Shown piece after piece: positions 18,054 to 30,129 of a stretch of DNA of 64,000 nt; position 1 is the first letter of the stretch; each line of letters opens with the position of its first letter. The notes under the pieces were generated by a model. It saw only the letters and a list, made by a program, of their open reading frames with translations. It did no database searches and was not told the DNA's origin. This stretch comes from Parcubacteria group bacterium (GTDB taxonomy: Bacteria > Patescibacteriota > Minisyncoccia > UBA6257 > JACRHW01), in NCBI GenBank assembly GCA_016217555.1, contig JACRHW010000023.1, positions 64,466 through 128,465 of the forward strand, in the 5' to 3' direction. The translations under genes and the position numbers were made by a program.

Positions 18054-18110
18054 CCTGAGCGAAGTCGAAGGGTTTCCTTTCAAATAAGGTAGGCCTTCGA
18101 TAAGCTCAGG
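18054..18110. repeat. R5 nested-palindrome element CCTGAGC-n-TCGAAGG…CCTTCGA-n-GCTCAGG in the uvrB leader.
   Basis: Second full copy at 34174..34223. Partial copies (GAGCTTGTCGAA) near 27815, 32655, 34040 and 59040. Confidence 0.75.
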
Positions 18111-18206
18111 CACTATTAATTAATAAGAGCATTAAACAACGCTTTGTTACATAAACCATACTAAATACCAGCACATAATAAAAGAAGGGCACAATGGCCC
18201 CGTTTT

Positions 18207-18524
18207 TTACTCGATAAATATAGGTAAGTACTGCAGAAATTCATCACGACCCCTATTTACTTGATACATATAAAGCACCGACGACGCGCACCCGAGAAAA
18301 GTACTACTTCGTTTTTCAACCATTCCCTCCTCTTCAAAACCACAATCTCGACACATTCGCACACATGGAGCTGTAGCCACAGGAAATCCATTATATTGGG
18401 CAAAGTTTCCATGTAAGCAATTACGTCGCAACTTCTCAATCAATCGTCTACGTTCAGCTTCAAATTCTTGCTGTTTCTTATAAAGGAAGCGAATTCTTCC
18501 CTTGCGATGCTCAGCGTCTTCCAT
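18207..18524 (-). CDS. Hypothetical Cys-containing protein (105 aa).
   Basis: SD AAGGAGGTAATAG upstream. Contains …CVRMCRDCGFEEEG…. Confidence 0.4.
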   Translation of the reverse strand: MEDAEHRKGRIRFLYKKQQEFEAERRRLIEKLRRNCLHGNFAQYNGFPVATAPCVRMCRDCGFEEEGMVEKRSSTFLGCASSVLYMYQVNRGRDEFLQYLPIFIE

Positions 18525-18680
18525 GCTCTATTACCTCCTTTTGAATTAATTATTATATAGCATAACTAAATGTGAAAGTCAATAGTACACGATGAATATG
18601 ATACGGTATACTTTTCATTAGATCATTTACAAAAGAGAAGCCCGCCTGCGTTAAAACTACGGCGAGGCAAAGGAGATCTT

Positions 18681-19181
18681 ATGACAGAAAGACTGAAACA
18701 AATAGATTTTTCTAGTCTTAAGGAAGAACATGGACTTACCTCATTTTACTTTATTACCCCACTCTTTGATAATCAGGGTCTTCATATCACTGAACTTATT
18801 TTTGGACTTCGCATCCTACCAAATACTAAACTTTTTGCAGAACAGAAACTCAAAGATGCAATAAAGACACTTCTCCTCCCCGAATATATAAACGCTGAAA
18901 TAACTCTATTCCTAAATGCCGAATCAGAAGTTGACTCTATTATGGATTGGTCTATTCGCCCCTATGCCTATGGCCATGGCGGGAACATTATACTCGACTC
19001 CATACATGAAAAAGAAGGTGTTGTGATAGTAACACTCGTAGGTTCGTGCGGAAATTGCCCAGGGGCACTTGGGACACTCAGGAATGGCGTAGAAGTACTC
19101 CTCAAGCAATATCTTCCATGGGTGGTACGTATCGAAGCAACAAATCTTCCCAGAGAATCTGATCTTGACGCTTATTGGTAA
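18681..19181 (+). CDS. NifU/Nfu C-terminal-domain protein, a putative Fe-S cluster scaffold or carrier.
   Basis: C-terminal GGNIILDSIHEKEGVVIVTLVGSCGNCPGALGTLRNGVEVLLKQYLPWVVRIEA matches the Nfu CxxC motif. Confidence 0.6.
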   Translation: MTERLKQIDFSSLKEEHGLTSFYFITPLFDNQGLHITELIFGLRILPNTKLFAEQKLKDAIKTLLLPEYINAEITLFLNAESEVDSIMDWSIRPYAYGHGGNIILDSIHEKEGVVIVTLVGSCGNCPGALGTLRNGVEVLLKQYLPWVVRIEATNLPRESDLDAYW

Positions 19182-19184
19182 ACA

Positions 19185-19212
19185 AAAAACCGCGTATCGC
19201 CGCGGTTTTTTT
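19185..19212. terminator. Bidirectional intrinsic terminator CCGCG-tatcgc-CGCGG with an A-run on one side and a T-run on the other.
   Basis: Between the convergent genes 18681..19181 (+) and 19220..19726 (-). Confidence 0.6.
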
Positions 19213-19219
19213 ATTTATC

Positions 19220-19726
19220 CTATATTCCCTTGGTTGGGACTGTAGGATATGGTCTATAAAGTTCTTTGTCGAATGGCCGATCAAAACAAACTCTTCCACC
19301 TCCATGCCCCCATGCTTCCGATACATAGCCATCGTGAGAAGAGGGTTTTATCTCCATTGTTGTCACCCAGGGAGCCATAGACCACGAACTATTATTATTC
19401 TTTGAAACATCGCTTTGTAGTGCAAAACTAGCACATAGCGAAAATCTTTCCGAGGCAATGACTGCATACTCATAATCTTGACCTGTCATTGGATCCTTCG
19501 GAATTCGAAAATCACGAATGTCATCATTTAAGGAAACAAGGTTCTTTGGAAGCTCCGACTTGTTTCTCCAATAATTCATAACCTCACCCTGAAGCGATTG
19601 AAGGTCATTTACCCGCCTTTCATCAAATTTTCGCAAACGCTCCTGCATAGGTGAACCAATAAGCCAGAAACCCGTTACAATAACAATGAGAACCACGACG
19701 ATAACAATATGAGAAAGATATTTCAT
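19220..19726 (-). CDS. Hypothetical N-terminally anchored membrane protein.
   Basis: 168-aa ORF. The N-terminal segment HIVIVVVLIVIVTGFWLIGS is hydrophobic. Confidence 0.45.
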   Translation of the reverse strand: MKYLSHIVIVVVLIVIVTGFWLIGSPMQERLRKFDERRVNDLQSLQGEVMNYWRNKSELPKNLVSLNDDIRDFRIPKDPMTGQDYEYAVIASERFSLCASFALQSDVSKNNNSSWSMAPWVTTMEIKPSSHDGYVSEAWGHGGGRVCFDRPFDKELYRPYPTVPTKGI

Positions 19727-19735
19727 ATAAACAAG

Positions 19736-20239
19736 TTATTCAGTATTATGCTTTCTCACATCGTTAAGATAGTAGCTGAATATGGAACCCGCCACAAAGA
19801 AGATAGAAAGCACCTGAAGCCCAAATTGCAAAGTAAGATCCCCACCAAGAAAACTATAAATTGCTGAAACGAGATACCCTATCATTACAAGCGCAGCAAC
19901 AAAGAGCGTAAAATAGATAAGCCACTTACGCACTGAAAGATTTCTCTTCTCGGGTGCTATCTCATAGCTCTTTCTCAAAAAATTATTCACAAACAAAAAA
20001 ACAGGAAAGAACACGATAAGTGCAGAGAGTGACCCGCGAATATGCTCCCTCAAACTAGTATTTCTATAATAATCCCCTTGCTGAAGTGGGTCAGGCACAT
20101 AAAAATTAATCATCGAAAAGACGATCATCAAAAAACTAATTGCGCTCGCATAAAGCGCCACCATCTCCAAAAGATGCAAAAAGAAATCCTTCGGCGATGT
20201 TTTGACTTGTACCGAAACATTTACTGTTTGTGGTTCCAT
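19736..20239 (-). CDS. Hypothetical polytopic membrane protein.
   Basis: 167-aa ORF with four predicted TM segments. Confidence 0.45.
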   Translation of the reverse strand: MEPQTVNVSVQVKTSPKDFFLHLLEMVALYASAISFLMIVFSMINFYVPDPLQQGDYYRNTSLREHIRGSLSALIVFFPVFLFVNNFLRKSYEIAPEKRNLSVRKWLIYFTLFVAALVMIGYLVSAIYSFLGGDLTLQFGLQVLSIFFVAGSIFSYYLNDVRKHNTE

Positions 20240-20335
20240 AATTATTTTTTTAACTTTTTGTTATGGTTACATCATACCACATAGAAACCAATAAAAAAGC
20301 CTGGTATCATATGCGTATAAATACCAGGCAAAACC

Positions 20336-20533
20336 CTACTTCAAAAAACCGATTAGAGAAATGGCCTCATAGCGAATCTCCTTGGATCGATCTTCCACGA
20401 ACGCAAGGGCGCTTGAAAGATTGGCTGAATCGAAAGTTTTTAGCAGGATTGGTTCGCCAACAGAAAGGCAAATTTCTCCAACTTCTATCTTTCCATCCTT
20501 TTGTTCGATGTAAAGTCCAATATCTTGACTCAT
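20336..20533 (-). CDS. Small hypothetical protein (65 aa).
   Basis: Strong SD AAAGAAGGAGGTAGTGTG-ATG. Confidence 0.35.
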   Translation of the reverse strand: MSQDIGLYIEQKDGKIEVGEICLSVGEPILLKTFDSANLSSALAFVEDRSKEIRYEAISLIGFLK

Positions 20534-20621
20534 CACACTACCTCCTTCTTTGTATTTTTTAATATACCACGAAACAACAAAAAATGCAAGTTTTTTAAAA
20601 AAGCTCCGTTGCTACGGAGTT

Positions 20622-21152
20622 TTAATTTACTTTTATGATCCCCTTATGATCGATGAAATAGGTTTCGACTGCTAACTCGGGAAACCGTTCTCTCACAATT
20701 TCTGCCGCCTTCTTGAGTTCGGCAGAATGAAATTCAAACTCATTTTCTTCGTCGCCATTAAAACGTGATAACCCACCATATGCTGCACAGTCGGTATGGG
20801 TAAAAAGAACCACGCGTCGTATGTGATGCACGGGCATGAGAAGCTTGATTTTATCAAGAGCAACCTCACGATCTCCTGCTTTGCTTGGAGAGGCAAAGAC
20901 CTTTGCACCACCCGGAGGGGAAGCGGCATCAATGTCCTCAAACCCAAGATACTTAATAAAATGCTTGAACACGCTCCAAAAACGATTATCGGTACAGCGC
21001 ACAACATAAGCATCCGCCTTGTAGTGTGCTAACGAACTATCTTCTTTGAAAACGTATTCCTTTTGCATAACAGGTTGTGTAACTATTCCCAAAGGGTTGT
21101 CTCGTCCATAATCGAGAAGTTCCTTCAAGGTCTCGTCAAAATCACTCTGCAA
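20622..21152 (-). CDS. Hypothetical protein (176 aa).
   Basis: ORF immediately downstream of atpC. No confident motif match. Confidence 0.45.
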   Translation of the reverse strand: MQSDFDETLKELLDYGRDNPLGIVTQPVMQKEYVFKEDSSLAHYKADAYVVRCTDNRFWSVFKHFIKYLGFEDIDAASPPGGAKVFASPSKAGDREVALDKIKLLMPVHHIRRVVLFTHTDCAAYGGLSRFNGDEENEFEFHSAELKKAAEIVRERFPELAVETYFIDHKGIIKVN

Positions 21153-21381
21153 GGATAACTACCTCCCCTTGCTCATGTACCTCCAAGAACCCAGAGGTAA
21201 TTTTTATTATAGATTCTTTTTCAGATGTGTCAACGAGACGCACTATGGGTCCCACGAGCCTGGAAACCAGAGGAATGTGATGGTTTAAAATGGTAACCTC
21301 GCCTACCGTTGTTGTGGTAGTAAGTTGCTTGATGTCCCCCTCAAACAGAGTGCCTTGTAATGTGTAAATACCTAATTTCAT
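21142..21381 (-). CDS. atpC: F1 ATP synthase epsilon subunit, the N-terminal beta-sandwich domain only.
   Basis: MKLGIYTLQGTLFEGDIKQLTTTTTVGEVTILNHHIPLVSRL… Last gene of the atp operon. Confidence 0.75.
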   Translation of the reverse strand: MKLGIYTLQGTLFEGDIKQLTTTTTVGEVTILNHHIPLVSRLVGPIVRLVDTSEKESIIKITSGFLEVHEQGEVVILAE

Positions 21382-21411
21382 AAACTCAAAAATCAAAACG
21401 CAAAACTGCAA

Positions 21412-21494
21412 CGCAAAACGAAAAACTAACTACATGATTCAAATAGTTTTGACTTTTAAGTTGTAGTTTTGACTTTTGCATTTTAAGTTTTGAA
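21412..21494. repeat. R4 element: CAAAACGCAAAAC-rich imperfect palindrome between atpD and atpC.
   Basis: Second copy at 53879..53985 (between rnhB and dnaE): …AAAACGCAAAACTnCAACGCAAAACGnAAAACTAAC…AGTTTTGA…TTTTGCATTTTAAGTTTT. Confidence 0.8.
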
Positions 21495-23809
<2,315 letters not shown>

Positions 23810-23842
23810 TTTTTAGGTATTAGTTTATTAGCTTTTAGTATG

Positions 23843-25378
23843 TTAGGAACGAGAAACGCTAAAAAAATCTTCCAAAGCTACTTTAAGTTTTTCCTCAATC
23901 TCTTTTGAGATTTCACCAGAAGACTGTATCACACCTAGAACAGTATCATTGTGCATGGTTTCCATATAGTCCAATAAATCATTCCCCTTCTTCACCACTT
24001 CGCTTGGTGGTGTAGTATCAAAATGTCCATGTATTGCTGCATAAAACAAAACTACTTGTTTTTCAAATGAAACGGGGTCCATCTCTGGTTGTTTCAAAAC
24101 TTCAATAAGCACTCTCCCGCGCTCAATACGCTTTCGTGTTGATTCATCAAGCTCTGATGCAAACTGTGTGAACGCAGCAAGCTCTCTAAATTGTGCAAGC
24201 TCTAGGCGAAGCTTTCCTGCAACCTTCTTCATTGCCTTTGTTTGAGCAGCAGAACCCACACGTGAAACTGAAAGACCCGCATTCACGGCAGGACGAATAC
24301 CTTGATAAAACAACTCGGGCTCTAAATAAATCTGACCATCCGTAATAGAAATAACATTGGTAGGAATATAGGCTGATACATCACCAAGTTGAGTTTCAAT
24401 AATAGGAAGCGCCGTTAAAGACCCTCCTCCTTTTTCCCTACTTAACTTTGCAGCACGTTCCAAAAGACGCGAGTGAACATAAAAAATATCTCCCGGATAC
24501 GCCTCACGTCCTGGCGGACGACGCAAAAGAAGTGAAAGCTCACGATATGCCCATGCGTGTTTTGAAAGATCGTCATAAATAATAAGCGCATCTTTCCCTT
24601 TATGCATAAAATACTCTCCAATAGCCGTTGCACTATAAGGAGCGAGGAACCACAACGATGCAGGAGAAGATGCCGGCGCAGACACCACAATGGTATACTC
24701 CATAGCGCCCTGCTCCTTAAGTCTCGCAACAATCTTTGCTACCTTAGATTCTTTTTGTCCAATAGCAACATAAATACAAATCGGTGTAGGATATCGTGTG
24801 TCCTTACCCTGATTGATAATAGTATCGATGGCGATAGAAGTTTTTCCAATCTGGCGATCTCCAATAATAAGTTCACGCTGTCCGCGCCCTACAGGGATCA
24901 TGCTATCAATAGCTTTGATACCAGTATGAAGCGGAGTATTTACTGACTCACGATCTAATACAGAAGGGGCGACACGCTCAACAGGATAATAAAGCTCTTT
25001 TGATTTTGTTCCAAAAATAGGACCATGTTCATCCTGTTGATTCCCTAGTGGATCGACGACACGCCCAATAAGTTCATCACCAACTCTCATAGAAAGAACA
25101 CGCCCTGTAGGTTTCACAACATCCCCCTCTTTTACCTTTGTAGAATCTCCGAGAACGATTGCCCCCACAAGATCCTCCTCGAGATTAAAGGCAATTCCTA
25201 CCACCTCGCCTCCTGACGTTTCGATGAGCAACATCTCCTGTGACCCAACTTCTGAAATACCCGAGATCTTAGCAATACCATCACCCACCTCAAGCACACG
25301 ACCCATCTTTTCGGCTTTAATTTCATGCTTAAATCCTTCAATTTCTTTCTTAAGATTTTCGATGATGGAGTCCTTCAT
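23843..25378 (-). CDS. atpA: F1 ATP synthase alpha subunit.
   Basis: [18 protein letters not shown] Walker A. Confidence 0.95.
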   Translation of the reverse strand: MKDSIIENLKKEIEGFKHEIKAEKMGRVLEVGDGIAKISGISEVGSQEMLLIETSGGEVVGIAFNLEEDLVGAIVLGDSTKVKEGDVVKPTGRVLSMRVGDELIGRVVDPLGNQQDEHGPIFGTKSKELYYPVERVAPSVLDRESVNTPLHTGIKAIDSMIPVGRGQRELIIGDRQIGKTSIAIDTIINQGKDTRYPTPICIYVAIGQKESKVAKIVARLKEQGAMEYTIVVSAPASSPASLWFLAPYSATAIGEYFMHKGKDALIIYDDLSKHAWAYRELSLLLRRPPGREAYPGDIFYVHSRLLERAAKLSREKGGGSLTALPIIETQLGDVSAYIPTNVISITDGQIYLEPELFYQGIRPAVNAGLSVSRVGSAAQTKAMKKVAGKLRLELAQFRELAAFTQFASELDESTRKRIERGRVLIEVLKQPEMDPVSFEKQVVLFYAAIHGHFDTTPPSEVVKKGNDLLDYMETMHNDTVLGVIQSSGEISKEIEEKLKVALEDFFSVSRS

Positions 25379-25379
25379 G

Positions 25380-25757
25380 TTATTTAAAAAGTTTTACTAA
25401 CTGATTTTTTATACTTGCATCAATAAACGTCTCATCGTCAACACAGATAGTGACCCCTCCCACAAGCGACGCATCAACACACTCCTTTGCGATCACACCA
25501 TGAGACACCATAGCAAGAATTTGTTTTTTTGTTGAAACGCTAAGCGGTGTTACGCTTTCTACTTCTATTTTGTGTGCACCCTGTTGTTTATAATATTCTC
25601 TTTCTACTTCGCGCATAATTCCGTGCAAACGAGGCATATCTCCATTTTTCCGGATGGTCGTTAAAAAATGCCCCATCATTTTTTTCTGATCTTTTTCTCC
25701 TCTCCCCTCCGTTGCAGCAAAAAATGCTTGCGCGTATTGCTTGGCAGTAGATTTCAT
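25380..25757 (-). CDS. atpH: F1 ATP synthase delta (OSCP) subunit, a short form.
   Basis: Assigned by position between atpF and atpA, and by OSCP-like C-terminal sequence. Confidence 0.6.
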   Translation of the reverse strand: MKSTAKQYAQAFFAATEGRGEKDQKKMMGHFLTTIRKNGDMPRLHGIMREVEREYYKQQGAHKIEVESVTPLSVSTKKQILAMVSHGVIAKECVDASLVGGVTICVDDETFIDASIKNQLVKLFK

Positions 25758-25761
25758 AATG

Positions 25762-26274
25762 CTATCTCTTAGTTACACCCTTAAGTTCTACGAGAGCTTT
25801 TTCTATAAGTTTTCCATCACGCACCTCTGCGGGAATTTCTTGTAACACCTTAAAAATGCCGTCACGCACAAGCGACTCTGTTTCATTATAGAGTGAATCT
25901 TTCATCTTAAGTTTCTCCTCCTGTATGAGCCGCTTCGCCTCTACAATAGCCGCCTCCGTTTTTCGAGTAGTCTCCTCACGAATTGTTTCTCCCCTTTCAT
26001 GTGCGGTTTTTTCTGCTTCACTTACAATCTGCAGCGCATCTTTTTTTGCATTCGCCAACACATCCTCTCGCAACTCTTGTGTATGCTTAAGCTGCTCCTC
26101 TGCGTCCTTTGAAAACTGTAACCCTTTTTCAATTTCTTGTTTTCTCTTACGAAGGATTTCAAGTACTGGCTTGTACACAAAAGCCCTGAGTACCAAAAGA
26201 AGAATAGAAAAATTTACCACCTGCGCAAGGAGTAGTTTCCAATCGATCCCAAAATGTGTAATAAATTCTTCCAT
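25762..26274 (-). CDS. atpF: Fo ATP synthase b subunit.
   Basis: One N-terminal TM segment followed by a long charged coiled coil. Confidence 0.75.
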   Translation of the reverse strand: MEEFITHFGIDWKLLLAQVVNFSILLLVLRAFVYKPVLEILRKRKQEIEKGLQFSKDAEEQLKHTQELREDVLANAKKDALQIVSEAEKTAHERGETIREETTRKTEAAIVEAKRLIQEEKLKMKDSLYNETESLVRDGIFKVLQEIPAEVRDGKLIEKALVELKGVTKR

Positions 26275-26346
26275 TAGTACTTAGTACTCAGGGCCTAGTG
26301 CTTAGAGAATTATTTTTCGTACTAATTTCTAAGTCCTAAGAACTTT

Positions 26347-26971
<625 letters not shown>

Positions 26972-26997
26972 CTCATAGCTCTTATCGTTAATCCGTT

Positions 26998-27030
26998 CTG
27001 ACAGCTATCAGCTAAAAGCTATAAGCTCGT
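26998..27030. repeat. TAGCTNT heptamer array on the opposite strand.
   Basis: cagctatcagctaaaagctataagct is the reverse complement of agcttat agctttt agctgat agctg. Confidence 0.7.
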
Positions 27031-27755
27031 TAATGATGTGTAGTGGCGAGGCTTATAAACACCGTCGTAAGCATCGCAAACACAAGCGCCTGAATAAATC
27101 CTACAAAGAGCTCCAAACCCAAGAATGGAACAGGCACCACATAGGGTGCCAAAAACGCCATAATAATAAGGAGCACCTCACCAGCAAACACGTTCCCAAA
27201 CAACCTGAATGAGAACGATATCATCTTAGCAATTTCTGAAATAAATTCAAGGATTCCCACAAAGAAATCGATAGGGCTCTTAAAAGTAAAGAACTTCCCA
27301 AAATGCTTCTTCGCTCCAATCGCTCCGATCCCTATAACGTGTACAGAAAACAAGGCAATAAGAGCAAGAGCTAATGTAGTATTAAGGTCACTCGCCCCCG
27401 ACCTCAAAAACGGCACAAACACCTTACCCCCCTCCTTCATCTCAAAAAAACCAAGAGATCCTACTCCAGGAACAATACCTAACCAGTTTGAGGTAAGTAC
27501 AAACAAGAAAATAGTGCCGATAATCGGGAGATATTTCTCCGCCTCATGGCGCGAGCCAAACACTCCACTCATCATACTAAGCAATCCCTCCACTACGACT
27601 TCAATAACATTCTGAAGAAACGAAGGCACAAGACTCTTTCCTTTTAACACAACCATTCCCACCACCAACCAAATCAAAAGAACCACCCACGCAGAAAGCA
27701 ATGTGTTCGTCACAAATCCAAAAATATGTTCCGCAGCAATTTCAATATGAGGCAT
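27030..27755 (-). CDS. atpB: Fo ATP synthase a subunit.
   Basis: …FRLFGNVFAGEVLLIIM… with the conserved Arg-containing helix. Confidence 0.9.
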   Translation of the reverse strand: MPHIEIAAEHIFGFVTNTLLSAWVVLLIWLVVGMVVLKGKSLVPSFLQNVIEVVVEGLLSMMSGVFGSRHEAEKYLPIIGTIFLFVLTSNWLGIVPGVGSLGFFEMKEGGKVFVPFLRSGASDLNTTLALALIALFSVHVIGIGAIGAKKHFGKFFTFKSPIDFFVGILEFISEIAKMISFSFRLFGNVFAGEVLLIIMAFLAPYVVPVPFLGLELFVGFIQALVFAMLTTVFISLATTHH

Positions 27756-27761
27756 GTATTA

Positions 27762-27788
27762 GCTGTTAGCTTATAGCTTTTAGGAATT
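27762..27788. repeat. TAGCTNT heptamer array upstream of atpB.
   Basis: tagctgt tagctta tagcttt. Confidence 0.7.
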
Positions 27789-28015
27789 AGGGACGCGCCA
27801 TCAAATAATCCGACCCTCAATAGCGCCTGAGCTTGTCGAAGGCCCACCTTAATGTCTCTAACTTGTACCATATTTTTAAGTACTTTTTCAAGAGAACATA
27901 GAGTATCAACTCACACCCCAATAATTGGTGGTATGCCGCGACATAGCACCCAAAAAAAGAAAAACCCCGCAGTGCGAGGATTGAGCTTTTTACTTCACAG
28001 TCTCAACGAAAAAGA

Positions 28016-28561
28016 TCAGATAGCTTTTGAACAACAAACAACGCGCCACATTTTATGAATCTTCCCTTCAATATCATAATCCTCGCCCTCATAAAAAACT
28101 TCCCCCACAAAATGTCCTTCACATGGATAATAATAAAATGTTGCACGAGCCTCAGCAGCACAAGATGCGGAAGTAAAATGGCAATGATTGGCACCAGGTG
28201 GATTCTCGTTTATAGACCATTTCCTCCCATCACCGGCAACGTAAATCCATTTATCCTTAGAAACAGAATGATTATCGTCTCTTCCATCAAAAATAATACC
28301 ACCCGTTGAGACCTCTGACGGTTCCTCTGATTGTGCAATCTCTTGAGATTGGTTTGATACAATACCAATCTGGTTCCAACCATATTCACCCACCACCCCC
28401 ACCGTGAGGAAAAAAAGGACAATAGCGGTATATTTAAGTGTCGTCGTATTTCGAGAAAGACGACTCATCCAAAGCATCCACAAAGGAACCTTTCCTATAA
28501 TAATATCTTTTTGGTCTGCCTCGGGAAGAAAATGCATCCATCCCCATCGCTTGTCACTCAT
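28016..28561 (-). CDS. Hypothetical membrane-anchored protein with a Cys-rich C-terminus.
   Basis: 181-aa ORF. TM segment AIVLFFLTVGVVG. Confidence 0.4.
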   Translation of the reverse strand: MSDKRWGWMHFLPEADQKDIIIGKVPLWMLWMSRLSRNTTTLKYTAIVLFFLTVGVVGEYGWNQIGIVSNQSQEIAQSEEPSEVSTGGIIFDGRDDNHSVSKDKWIYVAGDGRKWSINENPPGANHCHFTSASCAAEARATFYYYPCEGHFVGEVFYEGEDYDIEGKIHKMWRVVCCSKAI

Positions 28562-28634
28562 TTACTACACCTCTTTCTTGTGTTTATGTGCTGGATCAAC
28601 TATACCAGTTTTTGTGATTCTGTCAATACCTTCT

Positions 28635-29810
28635 TCAAAAATCGGGATAGGTGTTACTTGGACTCCACAACATATATCCTGCTTTTAAACCATTATCCGT
28701 AAGTGCCTTAATCTGCTTTCGTATCATAGAGCCGTCATATACCGCACCAATGTTAAACACCTGAAGCCATGGACGTATTTTTGCTCTTTCCCCTATGGGT
28801 ACCGTTGATGACGTCATTTTCTTTTCCGCCTCCTTGAGTGAATAATCGATGATCTCATAGGGATGTTCTGCTGGGTTGTTATATCCCGCAAACCCGTCTA
28901 TATAATGCGAGGGATACACCATCGGTGCTATGGCATCAAAATAAGGGAGCGCATCTTCAAACTTTTGACCTATTCCCATATCATCTTTATTTACTAACGT
29001 CTGACCAAACATATCACCAGAAATAGTGATGTCGCTTCCATTAAAATTCGAAGAAAGGAAATGAAAAAAAGAAGTAATTACCTCTTCGCGTGACGTTTTT
29101 TTATCCCAATAGGGGTAGGAAATTCCATTCAAACTTCCATCGGAGGGAAAACGAATATAATCAAAATTAATCTCATCGAACCCAGCCCGTGAGGCGGCCC
29201 TTGCAACATGCACAAGATAGGACCAATATTCTTTTGATGCGGGATCAAGCCAGTAATTATGTTTTTTATCTTGCCACAAAGCCCCTCCACTTATATGATG
29301 GAGAGCTTGTCCGGGATGTTGTTTTGCATACACATTATCGGGAAAGGCGACAACCCGCCCAATAAGATAAAAACCTTGCTCACGTAATTTTGCTATTATA
29401 GCAGGACCTCGTTTTACAAGATATGAAGTCGAAGCAACGTCTGCATCTCCGTAGGTATCATATTCTCCAAGAGGGAAAAAAAGCATCCCCTCCGTCTCTT
29501 TTACATCAATAACAAATGCGTTAATATCATTCTTCTTCGCATACGCAATAAGTTGATCAAGCTTATGTGCTGTTGCTGCGGTATACATAGTCATATACAC
29601 TGCTCGAACGGAATCTAATTTTCTCGGAAGCATCGGCACTGATACAGCAATAGGCTCTGTATTATCAGTACTCGAAGCATCTTGAGCATCAAGCACAATA
29701 TCCCCTGTAAGCGCAGAAAGACTTTTGAACGATGCGTCACGATGCAAAGAAAACAGATAAACAACGCCAAAAACAAAAATCAAACAAAAAAATATTTTAC
29801 GATAATGCAT
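28635..29810 (-). CDS. Secreted putative glycoside-hydrolase-like TIM-barrel protein (GHL/DUF4015-like).
   Basis: Signal-peptide-like MHYRKIFFCLIFVFGVVYLFS. Motifs GFDEINFDYIRFP and YMLWSP. Confidence 0.45.
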   Translation of the reverse strand: MHYRKIFFCLIFVFGVVYLFSLHRDASFKSLSALTGDIVLDAQDASSTDNTEPIAVSVPMLPRKLDSVRAVYMTMYTAATAHKLDQLIAYAKKNDINAFVIDVKETEGMLFFPLGEYDTYGDADVASTSYLVKRGPAIIAKLREQGFYLIGRVVAFPDNVYAKQHPGQALHHISGGALWQDKKHNYWLDPASKEYWSYLVHVARAASRAGFDEINFDYIRFPSDGSLNGISYPYWDKKTSREEVITSFFHFLSSNFNGSDITISGDMFGQTLVNKDDMGIGQKFEDALPYFDAIAPMVYPSHYIDGFAGYNNPAEHPYEIIDYSLKEAEKKMTSSTVPIGERAKIRPWLQVFNIGAVYDGSMIRKQIKALTDNGLKAGYMLWSPSNTYPDF

Positions 29811-29930
29811 GAATGAGATATCTTCATCTCTAGTCTACGCCGAAGACCATCTTCCCACAATCTGTGTATTCATGACCAATAATCACATACGGATCAGAAG
29901 CAATGCCACCGAACTGCTGTGGTATGTATT

Positions 29931-30065
29931 TCGAACCATTCCGCAGGTGCGGAGCTGGGTGTTGTCAATCCTGATCCGCCGGCTGGCGGAGAATTGGATT
30001 GACAACGAAGCGCCTGCGGATGAGTGAGGATACCGCTGGGTATCTGAACATGTGAGGAATACATA
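29931..30065. repeat. R7 element copy 1 (~95 nt upstream of dnaX): GC-rich conserved core CGAACCATTCCGCAGGYGCGGAGCTGGGTGTTGTCAATCC…GGATTGACAACGRAGCGCCTGCGGATRAGTGAG… enclosed by a copy-specific inverted repeat.
   Basis: Second copy at 61897..62025, upstream of miaA. The long internal hairpin is GTTGTCAATCC/GGATTGACAAC. The flanks here (GCCACCGAACTGCTGTGGTATGTATT / AATACATACCACGGTAGTTCGGC) differ from those of copy 2 (ACCACGAAAT / ATTTCGTGGT). Confidence 0.8.
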
Positions 30066-30129
30066 CCACGGTAGTTCGGCATATGACTATAACTTTGATC
30101 TTTGGTGAATCTTAATATAAAGTGGATAT

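Noticed and set aside
20622-21152. Beta-carbonic anhydrase assignment from the CxDxR (RCTDNR) and HxxC (HTDCA) motifs.
   Set aside because: The intervening RNAGN-type motif is absent and the spacing is unconvincing. Left as hypothetical.
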